Below are positions 57,010 through 63,796 of a DNA stretch of 63,796 nucleotides, in pieces. The stretch comes from Kiritimatiellia bacterium. GTDB lineage: Bacteria; Verrucomicrobiota; Kiritimatiellia; CAIKKV01. The notes below the pieces were generated by a model, which saw only the letters and a program-made list of their open reading frames with translations, ran no database searches and was not told the DNA's origin. Within the stretch, counting starts at the first letter, position 1. Each line of letters starts with the position of its first letter. Position numbers and translations under genes: made by a program. Location of the stretch: contig JBIIYJ010000003.1 of the NCBI GenBank assembly GCA_044346855.1, forward strand, positions 1 through 63,796. Direction: 5' to 3'.

Positions 57010-57829
57010 GTCTTCTCGGGCTGGCCGCATCACCGTGTTATTCGCGTTCCTGATGGTCGGGCTGAGCGTGTTTTTCGGCCTTTCCCTGAACATCAGCCAG
57101 CTTTTCCAGGAGCGGGCGCATCTGCAGATCTGCGCGGATGCCGCCGCCTTTTCCGGGGCGGTCCAGCAGGCCCGCGGGTTGAACCGGATCGCCCGCATGA
57201 ACACCGAGTCGGCGGACACGCTCAAACGGACGGCCGCTGCACTTAAGTTCATGATCTACCCCAACCACGATGCCGGTGAGCGCGCCGCCGTCGCCATGGA
57301 AACCGGATACAGGGTCTATAACGTCGTCAATCTGGCCCGGCAGCAGAAGGTCAGCGTGGAGGCGGTTGACGAAGCCCGGGATACGGCAGAAGAAGTCACG
57401 CGGCGAAACGAACCGGCCGCCGTCCTCACGACTTACGTGCCGGCGGCCTGGGGGCTGGGGCGTCTCATTCCCGTCACCGGCACCAGCGAGCGATTCGGCT
57501 TCTTCTTCAAGCAGGCGACTCCCCTCGGCGAAATCATTCTCTATGATCCGGGCCGGAAGGTGGACGCCCTCGTGTTCCGGAAAGCGCTGGCCGTGGACAC
57601 GATCGCGTTCACCGCCCAGGTCCGGCGGCCCCATTTTCCCTGGCTGTTTTCCTGGCGGAACCGTTCCGCGGGCGTCCGCAACCTGCGCGCCTATGCCACG
57701 GCCAAGCCGGCTGGCGGCACGCTCTGGGAGGGCGACTCCGCCGATCCCGAGTACCGCGTCAAGCTGGTCATGACCGGTCTTGTTTTTCCTCAACCCATCA
57801 TTCCCGACGCCTGGGGGTACGCATGGTAA
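56999..57829 (+). CDS. TadG-like Flp pilus assembly protein
   Basis: ATG 56999 follows a GGGAGG SD. GRITVLFAFLMVGL...LQICADAAAFSGAV matches the TadG N-terminal pattern. Confidence 0.55.
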   Translation: MTSKSSRAGRITVLFAFLMVGLSVFFGLSLNISQLFQERAHLQICADAAAFSGAVQQARGLNRIARMNTESADTLKRTAAALKFMIYPNHDAGERAAVAMETGYRVYNVVNLARQQKVSVEAVDEARDTAEEVTRRNEPAAVLTTYVPAAWGLGRLIPVTGTSERFGFFFKQATPLGEIILYDPGRKVDALVFRKALAVDTIAFTAQVRRPHFPWLFSWRNRSAGVRNLRAYATAKPAGGTLWEGDSADPEYRVKLVMTGLVFPQPIIPDAWGYAW

Positions 57830-58173
57830 CGCCGTCTCAGAAGTCGGATGTTTCCCGCAAGCGCGGGGGCGTGACGGTCGAACTGGTCGCCGCCTGTGTC
57901 GTCATCGGGGTTCCCGTGCTGCTGGCCCTGACCGAGCTGGCCCGGCTCGACCTGGCCGCCCGGCGCCTCCAGTTCGAAGCCCAGGAGGCGTGCATCCAGG
58001 CCGCCGTGGCGGGAAATGAAGACCGCTCCTTCAGGCTCATTTCGGTGGTTTCGAGAACGCAGGTTTCGGCGAGGCCCGAGTGGAGGCGCCTGCAGGACGG
58101 CGCCGGCTGTTCGGTCACCCTGAAACGGCAGTACTGGATCGGGACCGGCAGCGGGCATGGCGAAAACTGGTAA
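57823..58173 (+). CDS. Second TadE-like pseudopilin
   Basis: RGGVTVELVAACVVIGVPVLLAL. Confidence 0.55.
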   Translation: MVTPSQKSDVSRKRGGVTVELVAACVVIGVPVLLALTELARLDLAARRLQFEAQEACIQAAVAGNEDRSFRLISVVSRTQVSARPEWRRLQDGAGCSVTLKRQYWIGTGSGHGENW

Positions 58174-58192
58174 CGCAAAGGAGAGCAAAGGC

Positions 58193-59044
58193 ATGAACAG
58201 GAAAATGACGGTTTGGGTGGCGGTGGGGCTGAGTCTGCTGGCGTGGTTGTTCTACCGGATCCATGTGTCCCGGAAGACGGCCGAGATAACGGCGCTCTAC
58301 GGCTCCCGCACGATGGTCTGGGTCGCCTCCCGCGACATGCTGACGGGCCATGCCATGGAAGAGCTCGACGCCGAACTCGCCGAGGCTCCCGCCGCGTTCA
58401 TCCAGCCCGGCGCCCTCACAAACGCCGACTGGTCCCCCGCGGGAGGCATGGTCCAGGTGCCGATACGGAAAGGGGAACAGATCCTGGCCACCAAGCTCGC
58501 CCAGGACGGCGCCGGCATGCTCTCGCTGCGGATCGCCCAGGGCGAAGGCGCTCGGGCCCTGACGCTGAAGTTCGACGGCGAGGGCGGCCTTGCCGGCCTC
58601 CTCCAGCCCCGCGATCGGATCGACATCATCGGCGTCTTCGAGTCCGCCGCCAGTTCCTCCGAGTCGACCCGCAGTCACGCCGTGGTGCTGGCCCAGGCCG
58701 TCGCGGTGCTGGCCGTGGACCAGCGGATGGGCGAGCGCGCGGTCGGGGTCGAAAGCCTGGCCGAAGGGGCCGGTGGCAACCGCCCGGCGATGGCGGGGGT
58801 CCCCATGACCGTCCACGTCACCGTCCAGGTTACCTCGGCCGAGGCCTGGCGCCTCAGCCTCGCCTCCCAGATGGCCTACCTGCGCTGCATCCTGCGCAAC
58901 CGCCGGAACGAAAAGCTGGAGATGCTCCAGCCCCCTCCCGAAAGGATGCCTTCCTTGAAGGGCGACGAGATTTTCGGGGCCCGTGTCCCGGTCAAGATCC
59001 GCACCTCAACCCGCACGTCCCTCGATGAACTGGGCGCGCTGTAA
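58193..59044 (+). CDS. cpaB: Flp pilus assembly protein CpaB/RcpC
   Basis: ATG 58193 follows an AAGGAGA SD; the track start is 58157. N-terminal TM segment followed by SAF-like and RcpC-like regions (VWVASRDMLTGHAM..., DRIDIIGVF). Confidence 0.65.
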   Translation: MNRKMTVWVAVGLSLLAWLFYRIHVSRKTAEITALYGSRTMVWVASRDMLTGHAMEELDAELAEAPAAFIQPGALTNADWSPAGGMVQVPIRKGEQILATKLAQDGAGMLSLRIAQGEGARALTLKFDGEGGLAGLLQPRDRIDIIGVFESAASSSESTRSHAVVLAQAVAVLAVDQRMGERAVGVESLAEGAGGNRPAMAGVPMTVHVTVQVTSAEAWRLSLASQMAYLRCILRNRRNEKLEMLQPPPERMPSLKGDEIFGARVPVKIRTSTRTSLDELGAL

Positions 59045-59059
59045 CAGGAGCCATCACCC

Positions 59060-60559
59060 ATGAACGGATTCACAACCATCATGAAACGGAAACTCGCAGC
59101 CGGCATCGTCGTCCTGGCCGCCGTCCTGGACGGGCAGTCCGCCGTCCAGCGCGTAAACTTGGATCTCAAGTCCGGAAAGCCCGGCCTCTTTCCGGTTGCC
59201 TACGCCGTCAACCGCGCGGAGTTGGCCGCCGGCGGCGATCGGGTCATCGGGGTTGAAATCGAGCCCGACACGCTGCGGATGACGCCTCTCTCGGAGGGGC
59301 GGACCACTCTCTATGTGTTCGACGAGGCCGAGGTCGAGCGCGACCGCCTTGAGATCTTCGTTTCCCGAGGCGCCCCGGGCGGCCCCCTGGACGCCGCCGT
59401 CCGCTCGCTCCTCTGCGACAGCGAGGGCCGCCCGCTTCCCGGCTTCACCGTCTCCCCGATCGAGGGAACGGAAAAGGTCCGGGTGACCGGAACCGTCTTC
59501 ACGCGCCAGGCCTATGACCGGCTCGGGCGGGCCCGCGCCGCCATGGGCGACACGCTTGTGGATCTGACCGACATCGCGCCTGCCTACGGCGACGAGGTGG
59601 TGGCCGCCGCCCGCAACCGCATCGGCAATGGCAACATCGAGATTTCCTTCACGGGCCGGGAGTTACTCCTTCAAGGCATGGTATTCAACGACTCTGAAAA
59701 GGCCTTTGTCGAATGCGCCGCCGCCGCCGCGCATCCCGTCGTCCGGAGTTTTCTTGTCGTGAAACCCTGGAAGGGCGGGGAGATGCCCCAGGACGTGATC
59801 CTCGAAAAGCCGCTCCTGCTGCTCGAATGCCAGCTTGTGGAGATCACCCTCGAGACGATGCGCGAAATGGGCGTGGACTGGGGCGGCGTTCAGACGCTGA
59901 GCGCGGAGGCAGGCTGGAGCCTGGCCGCCGGCGACGCGGTTTCCTCCGTTTCGCTCGGCACGACCAAGCTGTTCCAGTTGCTGACCCCCCATTTGCAGAG
60001 CGGCGACGCCCGCCTTCTCTACACCCAGAACCTGGTCTGCGAGGACGGCGGCAAGGGCCGGTTCTTCGCGGGCGGCTCGTTCCACATCGTTGCCGTCGGC
60101 CCCGGCAGCCAGGAGGTCGCGGTTGAGGAGGTCGAATACGGGATCGCGTTGGATCTGGAACCCCGCGTGGACCGGCTTGGCAACATCGAGACCAAAGTCG
60201 GCATCGAATTCAGTAATCTCGGGCCCGTTGTCGCCAACTACCCCTCCATTCTTAAGCGGTATGTCCGCACGTCGGTGAACGTGAAGCAGGGACAGACCCT
60301 CAGCCTGGGCGCCCTGATCGGGCACACGGATTCGGAAGATGTCTCCAAAATTCCGGGGCTCGGCAGCATTCCCGTGCTGGGCGCCCTGTTCAAGTCGGAA
60401 CGGTACCAGAAGAAGGAGAGCGAACTGGTCATCCTCATCACCCCGCGCCGGATCGTGCCGGGCGGCCCCGAGGAAACGGCGTTGCGGAACGGACTGAGGG
60501 AGAAGGCGATGGAACCGGCGGGCACCCGTCCCGCCCCCAAAAAGGAGAAGCGGTCATGA
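59060..60559 (+). CDS. cpaC: CpaC/RcpA secretin
   Basis: C-terminal secretin signature VNVKQGQTLSLGALI...KIPGLGSIPVLGALFKS...ELVILITPRIV. Confidence 0.85.
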   Translation: MNGFTTIMKRKLAAGIVVLAAVLDGQSAVQRVNLDLKSGKPGLFPVAYAVNRAELAAGGDRVIGVEIEPDTLRMTPLSEGRTTLYVFDEAEVERDRLEIFVSRGAPGGPLDAAVRSLLCDSEGRPLPGFTVSPIEGTEKVRVTGTVFTRQAYDRLGRARAAMGDTLVDLTDIAPAYGDEVVAAARNRIGNGNIEISFTGRELLLQGMVFNDSEKAFVECAAAAAHPVVRSFLVVKPWKGGEMPQDVILEKPLLLLECQLVEITLETMREMGVDWGGVQTLSAEAGWSLAAGDAVSSVSLGTTKLFQLLTPHLQSGDARLLYTQNLVCEDGGKGRFFAGGSFHIVAVGPGSQEVAVEEVEYGIALDLEPRVDRLGNIETKVGIEFSNLGPVVANYPSILKRYVRTSVNVKQGQTLSLGALIGHTDSEDVSKIPGLGSIPVLGALFKSERYQKKESELVILITPRRIVPGGPEETALRNGLREKAMEPAGTRPAPKKEKRS

Positions 60560-61935
60560 AGGGAACGCTGTTCAAGGCGGAGTCGGATCGGACCCGGTGC
60601 GTCGACCTGCAGTCGGTGCTGGGCGTCATCGAGGAGCGGGAAAAGGGCCGGCGCGTGAAAATGCAGGAGCTGAAGAGCCGGCTCCTGGCCCGGGTGCAGG
60701 AGAACGAGGAGCTGCGCCGGATGAATCTTGACGTCCTGGAAGGCGCGATGCGCATGGTCGCCCTTCGCAAGCGCACGGAGGACATCATCCGGTTCGAGCT
60801 TGATCGCCTGGGCGAAACCCTGTCCCTCCATGAGCGCGATGCGCTCGTCAAGGAGGTGCTGGACGAGGCGCTGGAGCTCGGGCCGCTCGAGGATCTGCTC
60901 AAGGACGAGTCGATCGAGGAGATCATGGTGAACGGGCCGGAGCGCATCTTCGTGGCCCGCCACGGCAAGATGGAATTGACCGACCGCCGGTTTGGCACAT
61001 CGAAGCAGCTGGCCAGCATCATCGACCGGATCGTGGCGCCCATCGGCCGGCGGGTCGACGAGAGCATGCCGTATGTCGATGCGCGGCTGGAGCGGGACGG
61101 CTCCCGCGTGCACATCATTTTGCCTCCCCTCGCGGTGGACGGGCCGACCATCACAATCCGCAAGTTCGCCCGGCGCGGCATGGCGGCGGCGGACCTGGTC
61201 ACGGGCGGCTCCTGCACGCCCGCCATGATGCGGTTCCTGGACCTGTGCGTGCGCGGCCGCCGGAACATCATCGTGTCGGGCGGCACGGGTACGGGCAAGA
61301 CCACGCTCCTGAACGCCCTGTCCAATTCGGTTTCCACCGATGAGCGCGTGATCACGATTGAGGACTCCGCCGAGCTCCGGCTGACCCACCTGAACCTGGT
61401 CCGGCTGGAAGCGCGCCGCGCGAATGTGGAAGGACGCGGCGAGGTATCCATCCGCGACCTTGTCCGCAACGCGCTTCGGATGCGGCCGGACCGCATCATC
61501 GTGGGTGAATGCCGGGGTTCGGAAGCGTTCGACATGCTCCAGGCCATGAACACCGGGCATGAGGGGTCGATGACCACGCTTCACGCCAATTCCCCGCGCG
61601 ACATGCTCGCCCGGCTCGAGGGCCTCGTCATGATGGCCGTGGAGATGCCGGTTGCCGTGATCCGCCGGAACATCGCCTCGGCCGTCCAGCTGGTTGTCCA
61701 GATCGCGCGGCTCAGCGACGGGTCCCGCAAGATCGAGCGGATTTCGGAAGTGTTGGGACTGAAGGACGGGGAGGTGGCGGTGCAGGACATTTTCGTGTTC
61801 GAGCAGACCGGCGTCTCGGTCGGCGGGAAAGTGGAGGGCCAGTTCAAGCCGACAGGCCATGTGCCGTCCTTCGCGGACAGGCTTCGGACGTCGGGTATGG
61901 ATGTGGATGAAACCTTGTTTGAAATCGATCGGTAA
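60556..61935 (+). CDS. cpaF: CpaF/TadA secretion ATPase
   Basis: Walker A SGGTGTGKTTLLNAL, Asp/His boxes (IITIEDSAEL, RPDRIIVGECRG, TGHEGSMTTLHAN). ATGA overlap with cpaC. Confidence 0.9.
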   Translation: MKGTLFKAESDRTRCVDLQSVLGVIEEREKGRRVKMQELKSRLLARVQENEELRRMNLDVLEGAMRMVALRKRTEDIIRFELDRLGETLSLHERDALVKEVLDEALELGPLEDLLKDESIEEIMVNGPERIFVARHGKMELTDRRFGTSKQLASIIDRIVAPIGRRVDESMPYVDARLERDGSRVHIILPPLAVDGPTITIRKFARRGMAAADLVTGGSCTPAMMRFLDLCVRGRRNIIVSGGTGTGKTTLLNALSNSVSTDERVITIEDSAELRLTHLNLVRLEARRANVEGRGEVSIRDLVRNALRMRPDRIIVGECRGSEAFDMLQAMNTGHEGSMTTLHANSPRDMLARLEGLVMMAVEMPVAVIRRNIASAVQLVVQIARLSDGSRKIERISEVLGLKDGEVAVQDIFVFEQTGVSVGGKVEGQFKPTGHVPSFADRLRTSGMDVDETLFEIDR

Positions 61936-61949
61936 ACAACGGAGGAAAC

Positions 61950-63290
61950 ATGAAGCGGATAGTGTTGATCGGCGTGTTGGCGGCGGGCTTGGGCGTGTGC
62001 AGGGCGCAGGACGTGAACGAGGGAAACCAGAACGCGGTACCGGAGACCATCATGAAGGCATCGGAGTCGTACAACGAGGCGGTGTCCCACCAGGAGGCGG
62101 GGCGGCTGGAAGCGGCATTGGCGGGATTCCAGCGGGTTTTGGCGGGCGCCAAGCCTGGCGCCGGGCCGGATGAGAAGCGGGTGTTCAGCGGCGCCGCCAA
62201 CAACGCCGGAAACCTGACGCTCCTGCGGGGAAGCCTCGGCCGGGCCGAGTTCTATTATCGCCAGGCCGTGGAATGGGATTCGGGCAACGCGCTGGCCTGG
62301 AACAACCTGGGCGCCGTGCTGCTGAAGCAGGGCCGGATCTCGGACGCCCAGGCCGCCTTCGAGCGGTCGGTCCGGGAAAATCCCCTGCTGGCCATGCCCC
62401 TGAACAACCTGGCCCGCCTGCTGCTGGAAACCGGGAACCTGCAGATGGCGGCCGAATACCTGATCGTGAGCCTGAAGATCAATCCAGGCGACTCCGAAAC
62501 CCTGTTCCTGCTGGCGCGCCTCTACGAACAGGCCGGCATGCCGGAGCGGCAGGCCACCGTCTGGAAGGCGCTCGTGGAAGTGTCGGGCGACACGCCCGAG
62601 AGCCGCCTCATGCTGGCCACCCAGTATGTTCGCGACGGCGTGCTGGAAGAGGCCGAAAAGGTGATCGGGGGGATTCTCAAGGAGAAGCCCGATTATCCCG
62701 AGGCCCGGCTGCAACTGGCCCGGCTGCAGGGCCGCCGCGGTCGCTGGGGTGAAGCGGAGCTGATCCTGAAGGACCTGCTGAAATCCTATCCCGCCGACCC
62801 GGCTGTGCGCAACGACCTCGCCGCCACGCTGGCCGAGCAGGGTCGGGTTAAGGAAGCCGTGGACTTGGCCGAGGAAGGGACGGCCCGCTTCCCGGCCCTG
62901 GCGGAGAATTGGTATGTCCTGGGCCTGTGCTACGACAAGATGGACGATGTCCGCCGCGCCGAGGCCGCCTTCCGCAAATGCGTCGAGCTGAAGCCCGGCT
63001 ACGCCCGCGCCTGGAGCGATCTTGGCGTGATCGCCGTGCGGCGCGCCGACAAGGACGGGGCCCTGGACGCGTTTTCGAAGGCGATCGCCGCCGATCCCTA
63101 CCTGCCCCAGGCCCAGTACAACTTCGGCCGGTTCCTGGTGCTGAGCCAGACCGACTACGACCGCGGCGTCCGGCTCATGGCCGCCGTGGCCGATGGCAAC
63201 AGCCCCCTGGCGGACCAGGCCGTCAAGTTTCTCGACGATCTGATCCTTATTGGCCAGGGCAAGGACCCGGGTTGGAAGGGAAACCGCTAA
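61950..63290 (+). CDS. Exported TPR-repeat protein (TadD-like role by position)
   Basis: Signal peptide MKRIVLIGVLAAGLGVCRA followed by about 8 TPR units (AWNNLG..., AWSDLG...). Confidence 0.6.
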   Translation: MKRIVLIGVLAAGLGVCRAQDVNEGNQNAVPETIMKASESYNEAVSHQEAGRLEAALAGFQRVLAGAKPGAGPDEKRVFSGAANNAGNLTLLRGSLGRAEFYYRQAVEWDSGNALAWNNLGAVLLKQGRISDAQAAFERSVRENPLLAMPLNNLARLLLETGNLQMAAEYLIVSLKINPGDSETLFLLARLYEQAGMPERQATVWKALVEVSGDTPESRLMLATQYVRDGVLEEAEKVIGGILKEKPDYPEARLQLARLQGRRGRWGEAELILKDLLKSYPADPAVRNDLAATLAEQGRVKEAVDLAEEGTARFPALAENWYVLGLCYDKMDDVRRAEAAFRKCVELKPGYARAWSDLGVIAVRRADKDGALDAFSKAIAADPYLPQAQYNFGRFLVLSQTDYDRGVRLMAAVADGNSPLADQAVKFLDDLILIGQGKDPGWKGNR

Positions 63291-63305
63291 TTCAAGGAGA
63301 CTCAC

Positions 63306-63796
63306 ATGAAAGTTAAAATGAACACAGCGTTTTTTGCGAGATGGATCGGCGGCGGGTTGCTGGCGCTGGCAATGGCGGCGGAAGGCGACACGAAGACCCA
63401 GGTCCGCATGGTCGATACGGTCAAGGTACGGAAACCCGACGAGACGGTCAAGGTCACCACGGAAGTGCATGAAACGCAGGTCCGGACGACCGGCGATAAC
63501 GGCCGCTGGCAGACCACCACGGCCGGCACCCAGTCGAAAACCACCGAAACCACGGATTGGAAGGGCTCCTGGGAGGAAAACACCTGGGAGGGCGGGGGCG
63601 GAATCAAGAACGACACCAAGGTCAAGGTTCAGACCCGCCTGGGCAATTCGACGGCCAAGACGATCGGGAAAACCCGCCTGGAAGAGCCGGAAACAATCCT
63701 GGAAGGCGAAGTCGGCCCCTCATATCGGAATACGGTCAAAGGCAATCTCGGCACGGCCACGATTAATGCCAGCGCCGGCGCGGAAGGCTCTGTCCG
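63306..63796 (+). CDS. Exported Thr/Lys/Glu-rich protein, N-terminal 163 aa (runs off the window end)
   Basis: ATG 63306 follows an AAGGAGA SD. Signal peptide ...GGGLLALAMAAEG. The frame stays open to nt 63796 by hand translation. Confidence 0.5.
   Translation, partial: MKVKMNTAFFARWIGGGLLALAMAAEGDTKTQVRMVDTVKVRKPDETVKVTTEVHETQVRTTGDNGRWQTTTAGTQSKTTETTDWKGSWEENTWEGGGGIKNDTKVKVQTRLGNSTAKTIGKTRLEEPETILEGEVGPSYRNTVKGNLGTATINASAGAEGSV

Overview
About 64 kb of high-GC chromosome. Hand counts of single 60-nt lines give roughly 60-78% GC in most genes. I recognise about 60 protein-coding genes and no rRNA, tRNA, CRISPR array, transposase or integrase.

Gene content:
- Core genes: rnd, ychF, uvrA, hisD-hisC, exbB-exbD with a TonB-like gene, two Hsp20 genes, and a MEDS-GAF-PAS histidine kinase with a CheY-like regulator.
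- Carbohydrate and envelope genes: four URO-D-like paralogues, two Gfo/Idh/MocA oxidoreductases, two SGNH hydrolases, a NodB-type deacetylase, a DegT aminotransferase, CapA-like, Hyi-like and GH43-like genes, a sialidase-like propeller and an ArnT-like glycosyltransferase.
- An OMP/Wzc/Wza polysaccharide-export set.
- A Tad/Flp pilus locus at the right edge.

This mix looks like a glycan-degrading PVC-type bacterium (Kiritimatiellota, Lentisphaerota or Verrucomicrobiota-like). That placement is inference only. Four-nt ATGA-type start/stop overlaps are pervasive.

Most unusual observations:
1. A ~4.4 kb low-GC island (14.6-19.0 kb) holds seven small same-strand ORFs, six of them exported. It is built from reused promoter-like and signal-peptide-coding modules separated by high-GC REP-like spacers. 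One ORF has its signal peptide frameshifted.
2. Arrays of the hexamer RGATTA directly abut the G-rich RBS of two unlinked sugar genes.
3. One intergenic spacer consists entirely of 7-nt and 9-nt tandem repeats arranged as a large palindrome.
4. Three near-identical sigma54-type promoters (TGGCATG-N4-NTGCT) drive the two hsp20 genes and the flp pilin.
5. The Tad locus is non-canonical: the Flp pilin has a long leader, and tadZ, tadB and tadC are missing where expected.

All family calls rest on motif recognition by eye. No database search was run.
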